A stretch of DNA of 64,000 bases from the NCBI RefSeq assembly GCF_036971445.1, contig NC_091473.1, positions 210,862,001-210,926,000 of the forward strand. Direction: 5' to 3'. The translations under genes and the position numbers were made by a program. The first letter of the stretch is position 1; each line of letters begins with the position of its first letter. The notes below the pieces were generated by a model. It saw only the letters and a list, made by a program, of their open reading frames with translations. It did no database searches and was not told the DNA's origin. Origin of the DNA: Narcine bancroftii (taxonomy: Eukaryota). Positions 52,527-64,000 of the stretch are shown here, one piece after another.

Positions 52527-55298
52527 TTACCTAAGATCCCAGGATATTTAATTCCCAATTATCTTCAACATGCAACCATATGTATGTAATAGCTATAAAC
52601 TCACACCCCTTTGGACTGATTACTAGTATTAACCTTTTCTGCAATGCTCTTGCCATTCAGATAAATTATGGTCACACTTGTGACTGTTTTTAATGTGAAT
52701 TTTTGTCTATTGGATTGATTTTTTTCTGTCTCCACTTTGATTTTCCCCTTTTCTACCTTTTGCTTCTGTCTCTATTTTACTTCCTTCTGTCATCCTGTAG
52801 ATAATATCATTCACCTGCCATAGTCATCTCACCCTCCACAACACCACTGGCAAAAAAAATCTCCCAGGACATTGATCGCAGTCTTTTCCAAGTGTAGAAC
52901 ATCCAGACATTGTGATGGCATGGTCGGACACATGGGGGATGAAACATGGAGGTGAATGCAGAGAGGTACAGTCTGAAGAGCCCTGAGAGGGGTTGATGGA
53001 ATGTATCTGTGCTTGTAATGATAGATGGCTACCACCAGCAGGAGTTAGTCAGAGTGTGCAACATCTGGAGAATATTGCATTTTAGGAATACAGTTGCATC
53101 TTGGGTATTTTCAAGATGGATGCTTCCACATGAGATCTGACAAGTGTATGTTTGGCTTAGTTAATAAATCTAGTTGTTTTAAAAAGAACCCAAGTTTCTT
53201 TATTGTAATAAAATAAACATCACATGGTACCAAGCGTGGACAAAAATAATAAGAGTGGAAGAAACAGCCAAGTATTGCTTTGCATAGGAGTGAAAGAAAA
53301 CAAAAGAAACACACAGTGTGCATAGTAACAGTCAATATCTCCAGTGAAAATATGGAGAATTGAAAGATCCTAATCCTGTGAAATGAGTTGGAAATGGTGA
53401 CCATGATAGGAAGATGTTTAAATAAAGCTTTATCATGTACCTGCAAGCAATTGGAATCGATAGCAAACTCAGAATTTGGAAGATTGCATTGGCTTCTTAA
53501 CGTGGCGGGACCTCAAGTACTAGAGGTTTTCAAACCATTTATTTTTGCCGACACAGACAATCATAGCAAATTCAAGACTGTTCACCAAAGAAAAATTAAA
53601 CCTTCAAGATGTATGTGTTTCACTTATGCACGCAGATGCAGGGAGAGAGTTTTGATACTTTTTTAACAGACTAAAAGCAAGAACATGCAGTTGTGGATCG
53701 CTGCAAGATTCAATGATCCTTGCTCAGAATTAATGATAAGAAAATGAGAGAGAGGTTCCTGCAAGACTCAAAACTTACCTTAGCTGGAGCTACGAAGATA
53801 TGCCACACCAGTGAAATAACTCTACAGCACAAGAAAAAATTTGGTGTTAGTGTAAAAGCCAATGAAAATAAAGGCATAGTCATTACCAGAGTCTGGGCAC
53901 AGACACACACAAAATAAGATACAGGAACCAGTAAAAAGATGGAGAGACATTCAGTTGGACACAATGTGGCAGTAAACATGCACCAAAGCAATGCCCAGTT
54001 TATGGAAAAAGTGTAGCAAGTGCAAAGGGCAGAATCAGTATGCCAAGTAATGTTTTTCCAAAGGGAAATGGAACAGAAGTAAAAGAGTTCACCCTATACA
54101 ATACATTGTAGCAAAGAAGTCACTGTACACACTATAAAAGAAACAGCTCCCAGTGATACACTTTTCATGGGCATGGTGGTGCAGGAAGTGAACAGTGTCG
54201 AGCAGGATAAATGGAGTGTGTCATTGCATACAAATGGAGCAAATATTCCTTTCTATGTAGACACAAAGGCAAAGGTCAATTTGATCTGTGAGTGCGACAT
54301 CAGGGGAATGAAGATAAACTAATACATCCATGTATATCCTGTACTGCTCAAAACGTGCAATAGACAGAGCATCGACACGATAGGTGCATGTAAACTCAAG
54401 GTGAAAGTTGAAGATGAAGAGCATCACCTCGGGTTTATAGTAGTCCCAGATGGACATTATTCACTGCTGGGTGACAAAGCATGTGAAAACTTTAACCTAA
54501 TCAAGAGGGTGTATCGCATTAATAGTGACCATGTACTAAACAGCAAAGAGGAAATACTGGATCAATTTCCCAACATCTTCAAGGGCTTTGGAATTCTACC
54601 ATTCACCTATAACATACAGTTAAAAGAGGATGCACAGTAGTACATGCCTCGAGGTGGGTTCCAGCACCCTAAAAGAAAAGTTCAAGCAGGAACTCAACCG
54701 AATGATGACACTAGGGCTCATGCACAAACCATCAGAGTGGGTGAATTCAATGATGTGTGTCAAAAAGATCAGTGACCTACATGTGTGCATGGACACAAGA
54801 GACTTGAATGTCAATATAAAGAGGGAACATTATCAAATCCCAACCAGGGATGAAATTACAAGTGAGATGGCCAGTGCAAAGTTTTTCACTAAAATGGATG
54901 CATCCCAGGGCTTCTGGCAAATAAAACTGCATGATGATGGCACAAACTACTGTACATTGAATAGACCATTTGGCCAATACTTCTGTCTGAGGATGCCTTT
55001 TGGAATTTCCTCAGCTCCAGACGTGTTCCACAGGACAATTGATCACATCATCGAAGGCATAAATGGGGTATGTGTGTACATGGATGACATGATCCTATGG
55101 GGATCCACTCAAAAACAACACTACAAAAGGCTCATCAAAGTGTTACAACACTGTAATGGAGGATTAAAACCATGTGCCCAGATGCTTTTTTGCTTATGTG
55201 GAACTGACGACACTGGGGCCACACTCAGGTCACCTTAGTGTCAGAACTAGCAGATGTAATTAAACTCAGCCATGGGAATTTATCTGAAGATACACCTT

Positions 55299-58200
55299 TT
55301 TTTTTCCTTCGAAACTTTATTTATTAATTTTAACATATAAAGAAAGTAAGTAATACACGTACAAAAAAAATACAAAATAAAGTAATACAAGTATAATATA
55401 ACATAGTTAATACAATACCAATCTCGGCATCTCCCCCTATCGACTAAAAACTAAGACTAAGAAAAAAAAAACTATTTTTAAACCCTAAACCCCCCCTCCC
55501 CACCCCCACGATAAAGAGTGAAGAACTAATACTATTAGTATAATAATAATAAAAAATAAAAATATATATCTTAAAAAAAAGATCAATATATATATAAAAA
55601 CAAACAAAAAAAACAAAACAAAACAAAAAAAGGTATTAATTAAGTATTAATTATTAATCCAAAAATTTTTATTATATAAAAATATATATTAAAAAAACAA
55701 AAACAAAAAGAACTTAAATGAAAATAATTAATTCAAACTTATTTAAATTGTATATAATCAATAAATGGGGTCCACTTTAACTCATAAAAAGACATCTTAT
55801 CTTGTATAGAAAATGATATTTTTTCCATAACCAAACAAAACTTCATCTCTGAATACCACTTATCTAAAGACAATACATTTCTATTCTTCCAAGTAATCGC
55901 TATACATTTCTTGGCCACTGCCAGCGCTAAATAAATAAAAGAGATCTGGTAATTATCTAATTCTAAATCAATCAACGGTTGCATATTCCCTAATAAAAAT
56001 ATATCAGGATGTAATACAATATGAAGATTATATAAATTATTAAATACAGATTGAATACCTTTCCAAAATTGTTGTAACCGATCACACAACCAAACAGCAT
56101 GTAAGAAAGTACCAGAAACCTGATCACAACGAAAACAAAGATCTGACTTACTGAAACCAAATTTTTTAAATTTTTCACTAAAATGGATGCATCCCAGGGC
56201 TTCTGGCAAATAAAACTGCATGATGATGGTACAAACTACTGTACATTTAATAGTAACCTAATTAATTAAAACTATAATTAATCATCGCCAATCTAGCATT
56301 AATCAATTTTCGAACACTATTACGGCAAATTTCAGACCAATCTTCTTCAGTTATTGTTAAATTTAAATCTTTTTCCCATTTCATTTTATCTTTATCCCAA
56401 TCTATTTTACTTTCACTTTCCAACAAAATACGATACAAACCTGATATATAACCCTTTTTTTGGAAATGAGAACATGTATTTCTCAAAATCAGTTTCAGAC
56501 AGTAAATTCATTTGACGACCGCATACCTGTTTTACAAAAGATCTTAACTGATAATACACAAATATAGAATGACCACTTATATCAAATCTCTTTTGCAATT
56601 CTACAAAAGAACAAAAATTATCTTCTAGAAAACAGTCAGATAAATTATGTATTCCTTTCTCCTCCCATTGTTTCAAAATAGTATTAGATACTGTGAAAGG
56701 AACAAGTTGATTATTATATAATGGTAATCTTCCCAACCACTTATTTTTTAATCCCATTTTGTGTAATTTACTTGTCTATAAGTTCATTAAATGTTTCAAT
56801 ATTGGTACATCATAAGTTCGTAACAAATTTTTATTCCATCGAAATAAAAATTCATTCAAAAATTTTTCAGAAATAACTGCCAATTCTATCGGTGCCCAAC
56901 TAGGCGTATCTTGTGTGGCCATTAATGCGCTAAGAAATCTAAATTGAGCTGCTTCATAATAAAATTGAAAATTAGGTAGCCGTAACCCTCCAAATTGAAA
57001 ATCCCACATCAATTTTTTCAACGCCACCCTAGGAAATTTTCCTTTCCACATAAAATCCCTAATTACTTTATATAGATCCTTAAAAAATCTTTTTTGTAAA
57101 CAATAGGGAATTGATTTAAATAAATATTGTATACGAGGAAAAATATTCATTTTTATCGTATTAATTCTTCCTAATAAACCCAAAGGTAAATCTTTCCATT
57201 TAACTAAATCTGCCTTAATCTTCTTCGTTAAAGGAAGATAATTAAGTGAATAAAAATTTTGGTAGTCAGTATTAACATTAATTCCCAAATATTTAATTTG
57301 TTTCGTCCACTTCAAATTCATAATATTTCTAAACATTGAATAATCATCTTTACTAATTGATAAAATTTCACTTTTAGTCCAATTAACCTTATAACCAGAT
57401 AATTGACCATAAATCTCTAAGGAATCTTGAAGTGCTGGCAGAGAAACATCGGGATCCACCAAATACAGCAAAACATCATCCGCAAATAAATTTATTTTAT
57501 AAACTTCATTCAAGACTCTCATACCTTTGATACTATTATTCTGATGTATTAATTGTGCTAAAGGTTCAATAACGAAAGCAAACAAGGCAGGTGATAATGG
57601 ACATCCTTGTCTAGTAGATCTTGTTAAATTAAAGGATTCTGAAAGCAAACCATTAGTAACAGCTCTAGCTTTCGGACCATTATACAAAGCCCTAATCATA
57701 CCAATAAATGAGAGACCAAATGAAAACTTTTCAAGTACTTTAAATAAAAACTTACATTCTACTCTATCGAATGCCTTTTCTGCATCCAATGAAACCACCA
57801 TTGGATAATTCTTCTGAGATTTAGATCTATTTATCAAAGTAATTAATCGTAGAATATTATCCGAAGCATACCTATTTTTTATAAAACCTGTGTGGCAAGA
57901 TGGCGTAAGGATCAGACGTGCCTTCCAGTCCTCTCCTGACTCTATCTTATTGTTTTGTCTAGAAATGCCTGTTAAAATTCTTTAAAAGTTTAGATAATTT
58001 CAGTGCTGTTAATTTAACTTCGGATGGTACAATTGGTGAGAAAGAGCAAAAAAACAACAACAACAGATCATCAAAAAACTACATTTTCCAAAAGTTCAAG
58101 TTTTGGAGCCTACCTACAGAAAAAACATCGGGTCTCAGCCTGAAATGGATCCCAGGAGAGAGGTACAGCTTTCGGATCTAGAGTTTAATGTTACATCGGT

Positions 58201-61200
58201 AGAGTCCCCTAAAGAGGGCGCCAAACAGTCTTTAGAACAAAGAGTTACTCAGGTTCGCACAAGTGCAGTAGCATCTGACGGCAATGTTATGAATGAACCA
58301 CGTGTAGTAACATCAGTTGAAGTACCGGCTGGGGAAAGGCATTTGTCAACTGTAGCGGTGGCACTGCAAACTGCACCTTTTGAGATAAAAGAACCTATAC
58401 AACTTGATAACCGGGAGAAATTAATACATTATGGACTGGGGAAAATCCCGGCCAGCGTCCTCCAGTCACTGCTGGAAAGGCTGTGGCTGGGGTTTCCACA
58501 TGCAGTTATACTACAAGGAAGGCAACTAGAATGAAGGAAGCAACAGAAGACCCTTTGGTTATGCAGAAGAAGCAGGAATCTGTTGAGCCAGAATTTCTTC
58601 CAATTGAAAAGATTCTTGTGAATCTTGAATCTAAATTATCTTATACAATGCAGGGATTATCTAAGATTATGACTGAACTTGGTACTAGGTTCAATACTCT
58701 GATGGAAATAAATTCTCAACAGATGGCTGAGTTTGGAGCTTTTAAGCTTGAAGTGAGAGATAAATTTAATTCGTGTGAAGAAGATATAGACAAAATACGA
58801 GATCAAGTTTCAGATGTGACCAAAATGGTCGAAGACTTACAAATTCAAAATAAAAATTTGGTGAAAAAGATTGATTATTTGGAAAACCAATCCAGACAGA
58901 ACAATTTAAAGATTATTGGTTTGCCGGAAGGAATGGAGGGACCAGACCCAAGAAAATTTTTTACTGAATGGATTCCGCAGGTGCTGGGTCAAGAACATTT
59001 CCCGGAAAGTATAATACTGGAACGTGCTCAGGTCAAAGTCCAAGACCTGTTTTGGTTCGTTGCTTGAATTATTACGACAGAGAAATAATTTTACGAGTGG
59101 CTATTAGAAATGCACAACAGAGAAAATCACCCTTGATGATTCAAAATAATCAAGTTTTCTTCTATGCGGATTTGAGTCAAGAAGTTATGTTCCAATGACG
59201 GGAATTCAACCCTGCTAAAGAGTTGTTGTGGAAGAAAGGTTATAAGGCAACCTTTAGATATCCAGCTGTTTTGAAGGTTTTTCAAGATGGTTACCAACCA
59301 AAGTTCTTTGATTCTCCAAAGGAAGCTATAGCATTTGCTCAAGAGCTACCAATCACTCAGTTTCAACAGAGACATAGTCCGCCGCGATCTCCAAGGAGAC
59401 AAGAGATGAAAGAAAAGAGCTGTGCTCCAAGAAGGAATGGTCGTAACGGTGACGCGGCTGTTGGAGCTGATTAAAAGAAAAGTTGTTCTTTTTTTTTCTA
59501 ATGCTTTGTTTTAAAAAAAAAGGGATATTAAATCATGATGATGTTAGTTTAAGATGAAGTGAGAGTTGGGGGAGAGAACTGGTAGGCACTATTTTCTGAA
59601 AGTCATCTGCTACGTGTGAGTTATCTCACACCCATTTTTTTTGGGAGTTACCGCATTGCGTGGTTTAGACGGGAAGGGGTATTTTTAACCTCCTACCCAT
59701 TTTTTTCTTTTTTTTTCTATTATTAGATTAAAGAGTGAAGGGGGGGTTTTTGTTTATAAAAAAAAATTTAAAAAAAATTTTTTTCTCTCTTTTCCTTTTT
59801 TTCTCTTCTTTCTTTTTTTTATTGTATTAAGAGAGGGTAAGGGGGTAAGAGTTTGGGTTTTTTTTCCTAATTGTTGTAAGACATGTCGAAATTTAAATTT
59901 GCTTCTCTTAATGTTCAGGGTTTGAATAATCCTATAAAGCGTAAGAAAGTACTTGCTTATTTAAAAAAAATTAAAGTAGATGTGGCCTTTTTACAGGAAA
60001 CTCATTTGACAGATAAAGAACACTTGAAACTTAAGCGGGGCTGGGTTGGACAAGTCTTCTATTCTTCATTTAATTCAAAAGCAAAAGGAGTTGCGGTTTT
60101 GCTACATAAGAATTTACCGTTTCAATTGCAAGATGAGGAGAAAAATGGAGGAAGGCTACTTAAGTTGAATTGTATGATTTCTAATGAAGCCTGGACTTTG
60201 ATTGATGTTTATGTTCCAAATGTTGAAGATACTGCTTTTATTACAGAAATATCTTTATTATTGGGACAAGCTAATTCCAATGTGATGATTGGGGGGATTT
60301 AAATATGGTATAGAACTGTTATTGGATAAGTATCCAAAGGTAATTAATAAATCTAAGATGGTGATACATATGGCTAATATGATGAAAGATTTGAATTTAG
60401 TTGCTATTTGGTGTAGATTTAACCCTACACAGAAAGACTTTTCTTTTTATTCTTCTCGACATAATTCTTTCTCAAGACTTGATTATTTTTTAATTTCGGC
60501 ACATTTACAGGATAAGGTTATATCTGTGGATTATAAGGCGAGGTTAGTTTCGGATCATTCATTGTTATTATTGGAATATCAAAGTTCTCAAGTTACACAA
60601 CATACTTTAAGATGGAGATTTAATGCTATGTTATTACAAAAGCCAGAATTTATTGTTTATTTGAGAAAACAAATTGAGGATTTCATTGCTAATAATGTTC
60701 ACTTTGTTTCTGATCAGTTTGTTTTGTGGGACACAATGAAAGCTTTTTTACGAGGTCAAATTATCAGTTATGCATCTAAACTGAAGAAAGAGAGAGTTAG
60801 AGAAATTGAGGATTTGGAGAAGAAAATAACAATCTGTGAAAAAGAATTTCAAAAGAAAGTTACTGAATTCCAAAAGATCCAAATAACTAATTTAAAGTTG
60901 AAGTATAATAAGTTACAGTTATATCGATTTGAATGTTTGTTGAATCATTCAAAAAATAAATTTTATGAATGGGGTGAGAAAGCTCATAAAGTATTAGCTT
61001 GGCAGTTAAAAAAAGAACAGTTATCTAGGATTATACCAGCTATTAGAAATAAATCGGGTATTACTTTTAGTCAAAAAGAAATTAATGATGAATTTTGTAA
61101 TTTTTACAAAAAACTTTATTTGACTGAATGTAAAGAGATAAAAGAAGATGCAATAGACTCTTTTTTGAAAAATATTAATTTACCACAGTTATCTCAAGAA

Positions 61201-61534
61201 GATAGACAAGAGTTAGATAAACCTTTTACAGATAGTGAAATTGAAATGGCTATAAAAGATATGCCAAATGGAAAAGCGCCTGGTGGAGATGGCTTTTCTA
61301 TTGAGTTTTATAAGACTTTTTATGTTGATATATCTTCTTTATTTAAGATGTAATACAACAATTTTATGATACTTTTCAATTACCTGAGTCTTGTTCTAAT
61401 GCTATAATTACAGTTATACCAAAAAAAGATAAAGATCCTTTACAGGTAGCTTCTTATCGTCCTATATCTTTGTTAAATGTAGATTATAAAATAGTGGCTA
61501 AAGTTATGGCTAATAGGTTGGCTCAGTATTTACC
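55299..61534. mobile_element. Full-length 5'-inverted L1, copy 2
   Basis: Duplicate of 9899-16134 with the same TSD. Confidence 0.95.
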
Positions 61535-62821
61535 GAAGATACACCTTGAAATGGAATTCCACTGTGAGGCCCAGGGAAAGCAGTTGTCAAATACGACACT
61601 CTGAAATTGACAAATTAGTGACAACCTGTCTTGCTCGAGAAGTTTTAATAAGTCTTTGCATCTACGAGATAAACCAAGAAATCATAGCATCCTGGTTCCA
61701 TAATAATTAATCTTCTAAATTGTAGAATGGTATGTTCAGTTTTGATTTTGACTGACAAATGTTAGAAGGAGTAGGCGCATGATTAATTGTTTTTGGGGTA
61801 TATAAGCCTGTGGTCCTGCTGCTAAAATTTAGACTCTCCAAGGGGTGGGAACACCGCTTCTCAAGAAGGAAGAACAGCCAGAGTCCGAGCAACGTCCCAG
61901 TCGGGGGAGGTGAAGAAGCTGCTACCGGCACCCCGGCAACCTACTACAAGTGTGCTGTCATTGCCTCGCTTTGGCAGTTGGGAGCAGTCCAGGCGTTGTT
62001 AAGTATGATTAGTGAGGGCTTGCATATTGTAGTTTGAAATCTGCTTAAGATTTTGTAATAAAGATTTGTGTAAACTGAAGTGCTCTTGGTGTGTGTCTCT
62101 GTTTTCTTTCAGTCGCTCAAAAGCTCATCAAAGTGCTACAACACATCCAGAAGTATAAGTTAAACAGGGAAGAATGTCAGTTTGGTGCGAAGGAAATCAT
62201 CTGTCTGGGAGACAAACTGTCAGAGGCAGGTGTAGAGCCAGACATGAGCAAAGTGAAAGCAATTCTAGAAATGCATGGACCCACTGTCAAAAAAGGCATA
62301 TTGAGAGTGCTGGGAATGATCAATTTCATTGGTAAATTCAATTAAAATCTGTCTTTCAAAACAATGTTCCTATGGACTACAGCCATCAATGCATGGTTGG
62401 CTGGTGCAATATAATCTTTGCGCAAGCTGTACCTGATGCCACAAAAATTGAACAGTTCTAAACCTGAACCATCAGACCAATGTTTTAGATGTGGCATTGC
62501 AACAGGGATTTTGTGCACACAACTAGATCTTTATGTATTTCAGCCGGGGAAAGGTACCCTTTGTTGTGAGTGTCTTGGTCATTGTAAGTATAATTAGTTT
62601 AGCGTTAGGTGTTTAATGTCAGGGGGGAATGAGTGGTGTGGAAGGGAATAAAAACAAAACAGTCAAACTCAATGATAGGACTATAAGGAATTAACAGATA
62701 TGAAATGTAATTAATGTGGATATTGTTGATTATGATATTGATGATATTGATAAATGTTGGAGTTTGTGTGGAAAAATTACAAATAAAATATTCAAAATGT
62801 CCCCAATGTACCTGAGGAAGT

Positions 62822-63419
62822 TGTGAGAAATGAGTAAAGCTAATATGAAAATATAAAAGACGAAGAAAGCTAGTATGGATATATGTGTAATGAATAAAGC
62901 CAGTATGAATAGGATAAGGATAGATAATAGAATGTAGGAAGTAAAGTTAGTCTGAATAAGATAAGGGTCTTCTAGCCTATTAGACAAGAATCAGCAAGTT
63001 CCACATATGTAATTAGTAAGCCTTAGACAGAATTAGCAAGTTCTGCATATAAGAGTTAGTAAGCCCTGAGGGGTGAGAAGGTGTGAATAAGGACAAAAGG
63101 CAGGTTTGTCAATAAGGACAATAAGGACAATGACATGATGGGACATAGACAGGATACCCCCTGGTCCTCCAAGTTCACAGAAACAGCACTTAGCAGACAG
63201 GATTGCCTAATGCCAAACTCATCCAGGAGGCAGAAGAATGTAAGGGGGAGGGTACTTCTATACTGAAATAAACTGTATAAAAGTTGGGTGAGCTCCAGTG
63301 TGTGTGTGTATTCCCAGGGTAAGGGGAAGCACCCAACTTTGCATTGTTGTATAATAAATGTTCTTTGTTCTCAATTTTTGTCTTGAGCAATTTCTGTGAA
63401 GGTACTTCTGTTTCTCATA
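62822..63419 (+). mobile_element. ERV LTR, copy 2
   Basis: Duplicate of 17422-18019. Confidence 0.93.
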
Positions 63420-64000
63420 ACTTATTTCAAGTGGAACATTAGACAGCCAGTCCTCTTCCCTTGCATAAACCACAAGGGCTTTGACCAGGTTGAACTAAGC
63501 AGTCACAACCCATCTTCCAAATGGGGTTTTACTACAAGCTTTCCATCTTGTCCTGTTCCAGTCCAGCTCCTGCTGCTGACTGTCACACTGCGGAACTAAA
63601 TGCTGTCACTCTCTCTCTCTCTCTCTCTCAGAGAAAAAGTGTGTGTTTTTCTCTCTGCTTGCAAAACCACATGACCCTGTTAGCAAGTTCCACTCCAGAC
63701 AGCTTGTGGCTCCAATGAGTCCTTTCATCTGTTGCCTTTTTTGTAAATAACAATCTATTATTAACACTCTCCAAAGCTTTTGCAAAGGCTATTGAAGCCA
63801 GACTGTCTTGCATGAGCAGAGCTTCAGTACTTTAAATACGACCTGTTTTAAAGAATGTGACCTACACTAAAAAACCTGCCCCAATTTATCTCCCAAAACA
63901 TATCTATAATCTGGCACAAAGTACACCACCAAATTGGGGAAACCGCACCATGTATTCTATCTTGACACTCTCAGACCAGACAGCATTAATGACTTCCTTG

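Larger units (their letters stand above)
45401..64000 (+). repeat. Copy 2 of the large direct repeat (all features of 1-18600 shifted by 45400)
   Basis: Near-identical sequence running to the window end. Confidence 0.97.

Overview
Vertebrate DNA, probably a cartilaginous fish (inferred from the H1 style and the repeat content). The window holds one replication-dependent histone quintet (H2B+, H2A+, H3-, H4-, H1-; about 40.9-46.8 kb) inside an apparent 45.4-kb tandem unit. Bases 1-18600 recur at 45401-64000 almost identically, although a 200-N assembly gap lies between the copies. H4 is a pseudogene (K16 amber stop plus a damaged stem-loop). The ~39-kb spacer is a nest of retroelements: a full-length 5'-inverted L1, a second truncated L1, CR1 and RTE LINEs, several Gypsy families, a BEL/Pao relic, solo LTRs and an env-less class I ERV. 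The most unusual signal is in two Gypsy elements whose LTRs look unrelated. Both lack a tRNA primer-binding site and instead carry, right after the 5' LTR, the reverse complement of their own AATAAA-containing LTR segment, which suggests self-priming and/or poly(A)-signal occlusion. Two locally templated insertions and an LTR-bounded inversion are also visible. All alignments were done by eye.
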